A stretch of DNA of 54,167 bases from Octopus bimaculoides (lineage: Eukaryota), in assembly GCF_001194135.2 (NCBI RefSeq), contig NC_069001.1:23194576-23248742 (forward strand). Direction: 5' to 3'. Positions within the stretch are counted from its first letter, which is position 1. Every line of letters begins with the position of its first letter. Below the pieces are notes generated by a model, which worked only from the letters and a program-made list of their open reading frames with translations, was not told the DNA's origin and did no database searches. A program made the position numbers and the translations under genes. Shown in pieces: positions 23,547-34,840 of this stretch.

Positions 23547-24739
23547 TCACACACAAGTGCTCAGGTTGATTTACCATTTAAAACTCAAACTAGAATAAAA
23601 TAATTTGGTGTTGTTGCTGCCTAGCGATGAATGGCTACAAGTGGCTTATCATTGAGTGAATACATGCACAATAGAAAGAAAGATGGAACAGACAAGCAAC
23701 TAGCATCATTTCAGAGTGTAGAATTTATATATCAAAACATAATTGCAGAACTGTTACAATAGACTTATTAGAATAGAGTATATCATAGGAATAAGAAAGT
23801 AAGGTGAGCAGAGAATCTCTTAGAGACCTCATTTGGATTGGAAATAGATTAAGGTTGGCAAGAGGAAGAGCATCCAGCTGTAGAATATCTTCCTCAAATA
23901 GACTCTATCTGACCCATACAGGCATTGAAAAGTGGACGTTAATGATGATAATTAGCTAAACTACAGCTTTAACTACAATCCAAATATATTGTTGCATTTA
24001 AACTAAGGTATGTTAACAGCAGTTTGTTGTGTTATTCCTTTTGTTCTGCTTTTTTGTTTTTTTCAAAATTTGTATTGAATTAAGAATTATTGCAGTGATA
24101 ACTTTCAAAAAATGAAACCACTGACAAATACCCACACCTAAGTAAATTAATGTTATTTGAACCACCACTTTTACCTCCTCCTCTTAACATTTATTTCTCA
24201 TGCTAGCATGGGTTGGAGGGTTTCATAGAAGCCAATAAGTCAGAGGACTTCACTGAGCTCCAGTGACTGCTACGAGCATAGCCTCTATGGCTGGATGCAT
24301 TTCCTAACATTAGCCACATCACAGAGAGTACCAGTGGCTTTTTACATGGCACCAACACTTGTGAGGTCACCAAGTAACTTTGTAAAACATGACCTCTAAC
24401 TTCAGATGGGATGTAGTATTGAGAGGTGACCTTATATTGGGTGATTTGTATCTGTGAAAAAATGGTAAGGTGGAAAGATTAAGATGTATTGAAAGTACTC
24501 AGAAGACAGTTGATTGGTGCTGAAATAGATAAATAAATAAATAAAATACAGTGAAATGAATATAAAATAAATGAAATAGTAACACTGAAATTTGATTGCC
24601 AAATTCAAGTTTTTTTCCAATTATAACAAAAGTGATGCTGGCCTTGCATGCCAAACTCATCATTAAAATAATCTACAATCAAAAAAATAATTTTCATATG
24701 GGAGTGGATAAAAATAGGTATAATGTTGCGTTTATTTTG

Positions 24740-24958
24740 TTAACCATTTCATTACCGTATTTCTGCTGAGATACTCTGTGTTTCTTTCAATTAATTCTAA
24801 ATAGGACAAAAAATTTAGTAAAATAACTTAGTTATCATTAAGTTAGTGTTAGGAAAATAAATTGTGACCAAGGTTTGGTGGAAGGTTTTAATTCAAAACT
24901 TATGCAAACAAGACATTTGTACTAGAGAGCCAGAGGCGGTTTCAGCTGGGCTGGTAGG
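24740..24958. mobile_element. Second TTAA-type MITE family, right end decayed
   Basis: Starts ttaaccatttcattaccgtatttc; AT-rich non-coding body. Confidence 0.5.
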
Positions 24959-24959
24959 G

Positions 24960-25290
24960 ATCTGTGGGAGATGCGTAGTTCATTGGAAACTTATTTTTGT
25001 GATTTCTGGGGACTTTCAGTGAATGCTTGAACCATTGATAAGCATTTCATTTTCTTCAGTGGTAAGACTGACTGGTCACCCACTTTTCTGTGTATTGCAG
25101 TTGAACTCAGTCTATTCAAATTTGTCACAAATTCTGTAAACTATTAATCTTGACAGGGTTGGACTTCTAAATTCTTCAGTCCATTTTTGTCTAACCATTT
25201 CTGCATTCTCTGTTTTTGGGTACTGTTTGATGACCCACCTTCATTCATTAGTGGTCAAATTTCCAAACATATAATAAAGATCTGAAATTA
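24960..25290 (-). mobile_element. Tc1-type transposase N-terminal remnant
   Basis: Reverse translation includes VQAFTESPQKSQK*VSNELRISH, similar to [15 protein letters not shown] in 28634-29086. Confidence 0.4.
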
Positions 25291-25349
25291 GAAATAATTA
25301 ATTTATTACAGAAAGAATTAGTTAAAAAGAACATGGTATCATAGAATTC

Positions 25350-26050
25350 TCATCATCATCATCAGCATCATTTAGTGTCCATTGTCCATACTGGCATGGG
25401 CTAGACAGTTTGATCAGAGCTAGCAAGCTGGAGAGCTGCACCAGGCTCTGGTCTGAATTTAGCATGGTTTCTATGGTTTGATGCCCTTCCTAACACAAAC
25501 CACTTTGCAGAGTCTGCTGAGTGTTTTCTACATGGCACCACACAAGTGCCTTTGTGCGACACTGGCACAAATGCTTTTTATGTGGCACCAGCACAAACTC
25601 ATTGTGTTTTACACACACACGTGTGTGTGTGCATCACCATCACTATCATCATCATCATTTAACGTCTACGTTCCATGCTGGTAAGGGTTGGACAGTTCGA
25701 TTTGGAGCTGGCTAGCAGGGAGCTGTCCAAAGTCCAGCTGTCCGTTGAAGCCTGGTTTCTATGGCTGGATGCCCTTCCTAATGCCAACACTTTACAGTGT
25801 GCACTGGGTGCTTTCTATGTGTCACCGGCATGGGTGCAGTAATGCAGCACCAGCATGGGTGTGTTAATGCAGCACTGGTACATCAGCATGGGTGCTTTGT
25901 AAGTGGCACTGGCACCTGAAGGGACAAGCCCATATATGTGGAAGACAAGGATTTTACTTAGCTTGACGTATCTTATCAAGAACAGCAAATTGTCACATCA
26001 CCCGGTCCCTTGTCATTTCCTCACTGAGGCTCATTGTCCAAAGAAGAACG
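25350..26050 (-). mobile_element. Two adjacent RTE-tail repeats; the second extends into RTE coding sequence
   Basis: 25965-26045 (cttagcttgacgtatcttatcaag...cttgtcatttcctcactgaggctcattgtcc) matches the RTE C-terminus at 230-310. Confidence 0.8.
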
Positions 26051-26226
26051 TGTTTCTTTTGCACTCAGCAAAGTGAATGCAGCTTTGGTCAGGAGGAACC
26101 GGTATCATCAGACAGTATCCAATGGTCATCAGGTGTTTCAGCTTTCAACCGTAACACTCTTCCATTGATGGGTCAGCAGATGTAGCCAAATCATTGCTCC
26201 TTATCGCCTTCTGGCATACATATATA

Positions 26227-26276
<50 letters not shown>

Positions 26277-26329
26277 GATCGCTGACGACTACATTTATAT
26301 TTTTTTTCTCCTTGTTTCTTTCTGTGTTC

Positions 26330-26365
26330 CTTTCAGTTGAAGAGCGTAGGCTCGAAACATCAAAG
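26330..26365 (+). ncRNA. Hammerhead-like motif with mutated core, in a PLE-like terminal repeat (~26275-26450)
   Basis: CTTT-CAGTTGA-A-GAGC(gtag)GCTC-GAAA-CA-TC-AAAG: stems I and II intact, core U4A and A6U. Confidence 0.5.
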
Positions 26366-26459
26366 ACTTTCTCTATTCTTGAGCGTTAAACTAATACATC
26401 CATTTGTTGTTTACACCACCTGTCTTCGTCTGTTGTTTTTTTTTCATATATAGAAATAA

Positions 26460-26490
<31 letters not shown>

Positions 26491-26494
26491 GATA

Positions 26495-26890
26495 GATGCC
26501 AGTGCTATCTGACTGGCCCCTGTGCCAGTAGCAGGTAAAAAGTACCCACTACACTCTTGGAGTAGTTGGTGTTAGGAATAGCATCCAGCTGAAACGTTGC
26601 CAGATCAGATTGGAGCCTGGTGCAGCCTCCTCACTTGCTAGTCTTCAGTCAAACTGTCCAACCCATGCCAGCATAGAAAGTGGACATTAACCAATGATGA
26701 TGACGATGATGATATATACACATGATAAGCTTGTCTCAGTTTCTCTCTAACAAATCCTTTCAGAAGGCATTTGTTGGCCTAGGGTTATAGTAACTGTCAT
26801 TTGCCCAATGCTGCACAGAGTAGGACTGAACCTCAAGATACATGGTTGGGAAGCAAGCTTCTCAACTGCACATCCATGCCTGCAACTATA
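26495..26890. mobile_element. RTE-tail repeat (26495-26712, +) followed by SINE A head (26725-26890, -)
   Basis: caacccatgccagcatagaaagtggacattaaccaatgatgatg; ggttgggaagcaagcttctc. Confidence 0.7.
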
Positions 26891-27002
26891 AATAAACATG
26901 TAAATAAAAGTATACATGTATATGCATATGAATACACATAGACATATACACATATATATAGGCATATATGTGTGTGTGTGCATTAATGTTCATGTGTGGA
27001 TG

Positions 27003-27037
<35 letters not shown>

Positions 27038-28080
27038 NNNNNNNNNNNNNNNNNNNNNNNNNNNNNNNNNNNNNNNNNNNNNNNNNNNNNNNNNNNNNNN
27101 NNNNNNNNNNNNNNNNNNNNNNNNNNNNNNNNNNNNNNNNNNNNNNNNNNNNNNNNNNNNNNNNNNNNNNNNNNNNNNNNNNNNNNNNNNNNNNNNNNNN
27201 NNNNNNNNNNNNNNNNNNNNNNNNNNNNNNNNNNNNNNNNNNNNNNNNNNNNNNNNNNNNNNNNNNNNNNNNNNNNNNNNNNNNNNNNNNNNNNNNNNNN
27301 NNNNNNNNNNNNNNNNNNNNNNNNNNNNNNNNNNNNNNNNNNNNNNNNNNNNNNNNNNNNNNNNNNNNNNNNNNNNNNNNNNNNNNNNNNNNNNNNNNNN
27401 NNNNNNNNNNNNNNNNNNNNNNNNNNNNNNNNNNNNNNNNNNNNNNNNNNNNNNNNNNNNNNNNNNNNNNNNNNNNNNNNNNNNNNNNNNNNNNNNNNNN
27501 NNNNNNNNNNNNNNNNNNNNNNNNNNNNNNNNNNNNNNNNNNNNNNNNNNNNNNNNNNNNNNNNNNNNNNNNNNNNNNNNNNNNNNNNNNNNNNNNNNNN
27601 NNNNNNNNNNNNNNNNNNNNNNNNNNNNNNNNNNNNNNNNNNNNNNNNNNNNNNNNNNNNNNNNNNNNNNNNNNNNNNNNNNNNNNNNNNNNNNNNNNNN
27701 NNNNNNNNNNNNNNNNNNNNNNNNNNNNNNNNNNNNNNNNNNNNNNNNNNNNNNNNNNNNNNNNNNNNNNNNNNNNNNNNNNNNNNNNNNNNNNNNNNNN
27801 NNNNNNNNNNNNNNNNNNNNNNNNNNNNNNNNNNNNNNNNNNNNNNNNNNNNNNNNNNNNNNNNNNNNNNNNNNNNNNNNNNNNNNNNNNNNNNNNNNNN
27901 NNNNNNNNNNNNNNNNNNNNNNNNNNNNNNNNNNNNNNNNNNNAGATAATAAGAGTGAAAAAACTACAGAAGGCTTGTGTTACATGGTTAAAGTATATAT
28001 TTAAATTATGTCAGAAAAATGTAAGAAAAATGTTAGAAAATTGTTATAAAATCTTTTTGGTATATAAACATTGTATTTTG

Positions 28081-28117
28081 AGAAATAACCGGTTTCGCGT
28101 TGTCTTTTCAAATTTCT
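28081..28117 (-). ncRNA. Minimal type-I hammerhead motif, U3-A8 core variant
   Basis: AGAAAT-TTGAAAA-G(acaacg)C-GAAA-CCGG-TT-ATTTCT: 6-bp stem I, palindromic ACCGGU, 1-bp stem II. Confidence 0.55.
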
Positions 28118-28143
28118 CTACTTCATATATATATATATATATA

Positions 28144-29387
28144 CATAAGGTGTCCCCAAAAAATGTATACACACTTTAAATAATTCTAAAGTAGGTGTTT
28201 ATTAAAATACATTCCATTTTCGAAATTTACTAGAATCTACAGACATTATTTTATTGTTTTGTCAATGCCTGTTTTCAAACTGATGTCTGTTCCAGTCCAG
28301 GCACTGCTGACAACACAAAGCAATGGAATTGCAGACATTATGAAACAATTCGTTTGGTATTTGTGTGCATTCTTGTTCAATGGCTGCTCTCAAAACAGTG
28401 ACTGATGCATGCTTCATAGCATAGACTTTGTCTTTTCAGTATCTCCATAAAACAAAGTCTAGTGGTGCGAGGTCTGGTGAACGTGGAAGGTATTAACGAA
28501 GCCCCTTCGTCTCAACAAAGTATCTAACATAGCGATGGCAGTGTGAGGGTGCCCCATCTTGCTGAAAATAAAACTTCTCATCTTCAACGTCTTCTCTAAT
28601 GCTTGGCATGACAGACTGTTGCAGCAAGTTCAATTAAACAGGACCAGTCCCAGTAGCCTCAAAAAAGAATGGTCCAATTAATCCTCTTGATGATAAGCCA
28701 CACCACACTGTAACTCCTGGTAAATTAACATGGTGTTCCACCATAACATGCGAATTATCAGGTCCCCAGTAGGTGCAATTGCAATGGTTAATTGAGCCAT
28801 TTAATTTGAATGTTGCCTCATCACTCCACACAGTCTTTGTTGGAAAGTGTGCATCTTCTACGCATCGTGCCAAGTACCACTTGAAATACTGCACTCCTCG
28901 GTTTGGATCATTGTCATTAATAGCATGGACTAATCTTGGAACATAACTTTTCCATTGACAACGCTTCAAAATGCATTGGACAAATGATTTTGAAATACCT
29001 AACTCACGACTAGCTTGCCGCACAGATTTTCTTGGACATTGGTGATACGTTTCCAGCACTCCTTCTTGCTTTGTGGGGGTTGTCAATGTTCGTGGTCTTT
29101 CGGAATGCTTCTTGTGGACATTCTGAACAGTTCCATCGGCTCCAAGCTTATCTCTAATTCGAGTGATGGTAAGTCGCTTCGGTGGATCTGTTTGAGACTC
29201 CCTCGTACACTGTCTTTGCTCTTCAACTGCCTTTTCACACTTCTAGTAACATTTTAGAATGAATTTCCTTTGTTCAAAGCTCAGTCTGATTGCCATCCTT
29301 AATTCCAATGGGTTTAATCCTGACAGAAAAATATCAATTGAGTTATTAAGTGTATATAAAGTGTGTATACATTTTTGGGGGGACACA

Positions 29388-29390
<3 letters not shown>
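28144..29390 (-). mobile_element. Tc1/mariner-superfamily element (DUF4817-type, DD41D-like), both TIRs, decayed transposase
   Basis: ~33-bp TIRs ca..gtgtccccaaaaaatgtatacacacttta inserted in (TA)n; ORF 29086-28634 with [12 protein letters not shown] and [19 protein letters not shown]; shifted frame has FQQDGAPSH...PRSPDLAPLDF. Confidence 0.9.
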
Positions 29391-29418
<28 letters not shown>

Positions 29419-29439
29419 ACAAATTAAAAGGGTAAAGAT

Positions 29440-29691
29440 TTATTAATTTATTAATAAATCAACAATTAATAATTTTTACCAAGCCCTTCGGTATGTAAGC
29501 ACCATTATCGGTGGAGAACTTATTTAAAAGTTCCCATACATTTATAAACATAATTAAGGGATCAGCAAGCATTTGCTTCACCATATACAGATAGTAATGC
29601 TATCTGTTGGAGTCTCAGCTTTTTTAGCTGCTACTTCTGAACTTCGGTATATGGTGAAGCAAATGCTTGCTGATCCCTGAATTATGTTTAT
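29440..29691. mobile_element. PLE-like terminal repeat with a 45-bp inverted copy (29544-29588 / 29647-29691)
   Basis: ataaacataattaagggatcagcaagcatttgcttcaccatatac is mirrored with one mismatch; degenerate HHR-like ccgataatggt...accgaag on - near 29480-29515. Confidence 0.55.
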
Positions 29692-29744
29692 TTATATNNN
29701 NNNNNNNNNNNNNNNNNNNNNNNNNNNNNNNNNNNNNNNNNNNN

Positions 29745-29769
<25 letters not shown>

Positions 29770-29777
<8 letters not shown>

Positions 29778-29929
29778 TTGTGGCACTCTGTTGGTTATGA
29801 CGACGAGGTTCCCAGTTGATCCAATCAGCAGAACAGCCTGCTCTTGAAATTAACGTGCATGTGGCTGAGCATTCCACATGCAGGTATACCATTAACGTAG
29901 TTCTTGGGGTGATTCAGCTTGACACATCA
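29770..29929 (-). mobile_element. SINE family B 3' half
   Basis: ggcactctgttggttatgacgacgagg...ttaacgtagttcttgggg matches 16103-16240. Confidence 0.75.
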
Positions 29930-30565
29930 ATAGCCATAGCATGCCCAGCCCTCCAAATAGTAGGGGGTTGACAGCAAATAGAATGTCTGACCAGTGGAAT
30001 GCATCCCTTTCACAGAAAGTAGAAGAGTAGGCACGATGGTGAGGCAGTAGTAGATGATGGATGCAATGTAGACATTCGCCACCTCTGCCTAACCTTTCAG
30101 GGATAGCTTTCTCTCGGCCCATTTCTGGGTGAGATTCGCTACCCTGCTTGCCACTTCATCCCAGCTCTTCACCTGGAGATCTAGACCAAACCAGACCCCA
30201 AGCAATTTAACCAGTCCTTCCATCCAAAATCTCATGACGTTGTTGGAAGGTATGGGCCTGCCTCTCCAGGTGCCAAGTTGCAGGCCCACTGACTTCTGCT
30301 TAATTTTTGCTCCTGTCACTGCCTCATATTCTTTTAGAGCGGTGCCAACCAGGTCTATGTGCCTGATGTTCAACACTATGATGGTGACATCATCCACGTA
30401 TGCCAACACACTTCTCCCATGTCCTAGTTTGCATGGGATGCCTCCCAGTGCCACCAATTTCTGCAGTTGTGGCTCTGGAGCCATTACATACAGGAGAGAC
30501 AAGAGGGGACACCCTTGATGGACCTACTGTATGATGCTGAATGGTTCCGATGGGTAACAGCTTCT
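29930..30565 (-). mobile_element. L1/Tx1-like LINE RT fragment
   Basis: VHQGCPLLSLLYVMAPEP...AYVDDVTIIV...YEAVTGAKI...GLQLGTWRG...VKLLGVWFG; same family as 7808-9909. Confidence 0.9.
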
Positions 30566-30574
30566 GTTCTTAAC

Positions 30575-32110
30575 TGATAGGAAATGCTATCATGTACATA
30601 TTTGTCTTGGTATAAAAGATTGGCTACAGCAAATATTCTACTCACCTGTTAAGCATGTCCATTAGTGGTTGATGATATGCACATCTCTGATCACAAGCAG
30701 AAATAGTGAGGGAGTATCCTAGCCATGTGTTGAGAGGAATTCTTCAGTGTTTGAATAATTCAGTTCTGGAAACATGGGTGTTTCATTCATCATCCTTAAA
30801 TAAGCCTTATTCAGGGAAATTTTGAGTGGGATGGGCTACTCAGCCTGGGCTCCACCTGCAAGGTAATAAATATGCTGTTTATCTTGATACGAGATCACCA
30901 TGTCACACACAGATATGGTTGTGATGCATGTGCCTGGTGTACCCTTATCAGACGGGTAGTCATGATGGGTATATTAGGCTTTGTATAATTGTACCCCAGT
31001 GTCATTTTCATGGCATACACTGCTCTCTCATTCAATAATAATAAGTGCCCTGATACAGTACCTGGCAGTGTCTCTCATGGCTTTTGATCTTAACATGCAA
31101 GTAACAATGAAAGAGAATTAACAAACAAAAACAAAAGAAATGGCATATTGTTTCACCAAATTAAACAAACAATTGATTAGTGAGTTTGATATTTAACCAA
31201 TTGACTAATAACAAAGGAGTAAAATTGAACCAGTGCATTTGTTAATTATATCGGCATAATGACACACTAAAATTCCTTTCATTTTAAAAATAAACAATCT
31301 GGTGCATTTCGTTTAATGGCCTATCAATTTAAACAGTGTGCTTTTTGCCCTAATGCTTGGGAAAACACTCAGCCAGAAATGGAAACAAAATTGAAAGAAT
31401 GACTTATAATAATAATGATGACAACAGGAAACAAAAGCTTTAAGAAAAAACAGAATTTGGTTAAAATTAATAACATTGATTATAATAATAATGATAATAT
31501 TAATAATAATAATAAACATCATACTAATAAGACCGTTAAGAAACTAAGCAAACACAAAAGGCAGTGGCTCTCATGGCTTCTGATTTTAGCAGATCAAAAG
31601 TGTTATCATATTCATGTTTTGTCTTGGTATTGAAGAATGGCTGCATCAAATATTCTGCTCAATACCACAGATTTGCTTGTCAGTTGTTTTTCCTTAATCA
31701 GTTGAGCATGTCCATTGGTGGCTGGTGATTTGTGCATCTCTGATCATGAGTAGGTGTAGTCAGGGAGCATTATAGCCATTTGTTGAGAGGAATTCTTTGG
31801 GCTTTCATTAATTCACCACTGGAAACATAGGTGTTTCGTTCATCATTCTTAACCAAACCTTATTCAGGGACCTTTTGAGTGGGATGGGCTGCTTGACCTG
31901 AGGAAAATTCTAATTGGGCCCCACCTGCAAGGTCATACACTGTTTACCTTGATATGAAATCACCATGTTGAGCACCTATGTTTGTAATGCATGTGCCTGG
32001 TGTTCCCTTATCAGACGGGTAGTCATGATGGGTATATTGGGCTTTGTATATTTGTATCCTAGTCTCACTTTGATGGCATGTGCTTCTATCTCACTCCATA
32101 ATAATTATAA
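30575..32110 (+). repeat. Unclassified ~590-bp interspersed repeat ending in (AAT)n: copies 30575-31045 and 31558-32110 plus a head stub at 31046-31100
   Basis: Collinear blocks such as cccttatcagacgggtagtcatgatgggtat; reverse copy at 48965-49555. Confidence 0.85.
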
Positions 32111-32805
32111 TAATGTTAATAATAGCAGCAGCAATAATGGTGATGAGAAAAGAATTAATTAATAAATGCAAGGACAAAACCGGTAATTTTTAGTGTAGAA
32201 TGTGAAGGGAAAAGTTGCTGGCAATAAAAATCTATGGCAAGAAATAGAGAGAGATTCAGTGGTTTGAATGATAGGGAATGATAAAATGATTGTGGATGAT
32301 TGTTGTTTGATATACATTCCAGTGGAGCCTCTTCAAGTGGATTGATAGAATATAGACACAAACATCAAAGCATATGTCGATGTTGAGCGTGAAAAGCAGA
32401 GTAAGGAAAAGAAATGAAAAATAGATAGGTAAAAGTGTAAAACTTTATATGAAAAGGGTATAAGAATTTTAGCATGATTAAACATTAAGAAAACAGAATA
32501 ACTTATTCATTAGCTAATTTGTAAGTTAGTTAATCAAAACTCTGGTATCAAAAGATGGAGGGTTATTAATGCAACCACTTGAATGGCACAAATTAAGACA
32601 AGTATAATAGGCTAAAGTGCAGTGAAATTGTATGCACCTGATATTAGTTCAAGGTGTATAATGAAGAGTTCAAAGGGTAAAATGATTAGTGAGGTGATGA
32701 TGGAAGATACATTCACTGCTATTACAAAATACATTTGAGGTAAGACAAAAGACATTCAACCTGATACATTTAATTTCTCCAAAATTTAATTGTTTTTTAT
32801 ACTTA

Positions 32806-32841
32806 CAGTTGAAAAAGTCTCAATGACTGAAACCGGTACTG
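32806..32841 (+). ncRNA. Minimal type-I hammerhead motif, U3-A8 core variant, all stems intact
   Basis: CAG-TTGAAAA-AGTC(tcaat)GACT-GAAA-CCGG-TA-CTG: GUA triplet, palindromic ACCGGU. Confidence 0.65.
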
Positions 32842-33179
32842 AAATGTTTTTATAAAATTATTTTAGCATTTTCTACCTTGACTTTTTTCCATATATATAT
32901 ATATATATGTTGTTGTACTTGGGGATGGTCATATTGCCAGTTTAGCCAATAAAAACACACGCACTGTATATTTGGTGTTAATTTGCTTCAGCTTTATATT
33001 ACATTAATCTTAATCTTATTTCGGCCAGAGTTCTTTCGTCACACTTCTGTGACCTCATCAGTGGTCCTTTGTTTCCTTCTTTCTTATGTGTGTCTCACCT
33101 TGCTAACTATCAGCCATTTTGTATTTTGTATTCCTATTGTATGTGTCAAAACACACGTGTGTGTGTGTGTGTGTGTGTG

Positions 33180-33775
33180 TGCGTGTGTAAGCACATTATG
33201 CATTTCCACATATTTCAACCGATTTTGATTAAACTTGACACACTGAGAGCTTATGCTTCAAAGGTGGTCATGGCCTACTTTATATTTTCCAAATCCCCCA
33301 TGTCTAACCAAAAACTATGAATAACTGTTCAGAAAACCAGTTTTTTGCTCATAACTCTCTGATTTTTCGAGCGATTCCCTCCAAATTTGACAAACATTAC
33401 TCATGACATAAGAATTGTTTTGCTTAAAATTTTTGTAAAGGTCTTCTGTGTTGATTGTGAAAAATCTGTGAATTACTGTGTAAAAAATTGTTTTCTTGCC
33501 AATAACTTCCACAGTTTCCAACCGATTCGCTCCAAATTTGGCACAAACATTACTCATGCTTTAAGAATTGTTTTAAACTTCTGTTTTTGTCGAGTCAATC
33601 AGCGTTGAATGGAAAAAGTCTGTGAATAACTGCATAAAACTTGATTTTTTGCCAATAACTTCCGCAGTTCCAAAACCACTTCGATCCAAATTTGGCAAGA
33701 ATATTACCCATGCTTAATTGACTGTTTTAAACTAATGTTTTGTCAAGTTTATTCGCATTAAATTTGCAATTTACT
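33180..33775. repeat. Three diverged ~150-bp tandem units in a Helentron/DINE-like non-coding element
   Basis: Recurring ttgccaataacttcc...ccgattcgctccaaatttggcacaaacattactcatg at ~33342, ~33492 and ~33645. Confidence 0.7.
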
Positions 33776-34661
33776 GGATTAGACTTAGTTTCTTGCTTAC
33801 AGCTTCTTCCCACTCCCTATTATCGCCTATGGTCATGATGCCCCCACCCACTTCAGCACAAATTTTCTTTAATTGCCCTGCGCTCATGGAGTGATGACAC
33901 AGCGGGAACTACAAGCATGAACTTTGACATGTGAACGTGAACGCTATTAATGTGCAGCCCCTGCTTTTTTTGATCTGTGTATATTAGTGTTTACTTAACC
34001 CCATCCCTTAGTATTGCCTATGGCCATGATAGCCCCCACTTCAGCCTCTTATTTGGTGTGAATGACTGCTTTTACCGCCGCCTCAGTGTTTACTCACTCC
34101 CTGCCTTTATCGATGATGATCATAATGCCCCCTTTCCACCACCAATTTTCTTTAATGACATTATGTCAATAGTCTGCCAATAAGGGATGAACTGTGAACA
34201 TGACCTTTGACCTATGTGCATGAACGCTATTGTTTGTCCAGTGTAATGAACCCGTCCAATTATTTCTTTGACTGAATTTCATTGGTGGAACACTGTTCAC
34301 CTGATCATGCCAATGTTAAATTGTAATTATTGATGCGCTTTTGTGCATATCTGATATGTGCTTCAGCTTACAGGTTAAGCCATTAACAAGGAATCAGCTT
34401 CCCCATGCAGTGATAGCAGATGTGGATGGCCTTCTCTTGCACTGGCGTCCTGTATCTCTGAATGGAGACCACTGTCTAGCAGCATGCAGTTTTATACTGT
34501 GTGACCAGTGTGCAGTGGGCATGAACATGGTTCCACACCATGGATGCCATACGGTGACACAACTTCAGGCTTGGCATTGCATTAGTGCGTACAACTCAGC
34601 TCCTCTGTGTGCAGGGTCAGTCATTGCACCATGATGCACAGAAGGCATTGGACCAGTGGTG

Positions 34662-34840
34662 AACAGTCGATTTGGAACTGATGCAGACCAGGGGCATCCG
34701 ATTGTCTAATTAAAGCAGAGCATCGCGTAGCCAGCTGAGCCACACAGGCATGATGTCATTTCTGCCCAGTGCTCTGAATGTCAAAGTGAAGAAATTCAAT
34801 CAAATATGGATAAACAGTGGGAGTCACTATGCTCATCAGG
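34662..34840 (+). pseudogene. 28S rRNA pseudogene fragment (conserved core; may extend upstream to ~34420 as expansion segment)
   Basis: aacagtcgatttggaactgatgcagaccaggggcatccgattgtctaattaaagcagagcatcgcg...atttctgcccagtgctctgaatgtcaaagtgaagaaattcaa...gggagtcactatg matches the eukaryotic LSU core with many CpG-type substitutions. Confidence 0.9.

Noticed and set aside
1165-28179. Long ORFs in the track (up to 403 aa) made of X runs
   Set aside because: They span assembly N-gaps and flanking (TA)n, so they are artefacts.
34662-34840. Functional rRNA locus
   Set aside because: It is a short fragment with many substitutions in universally conserved positions.
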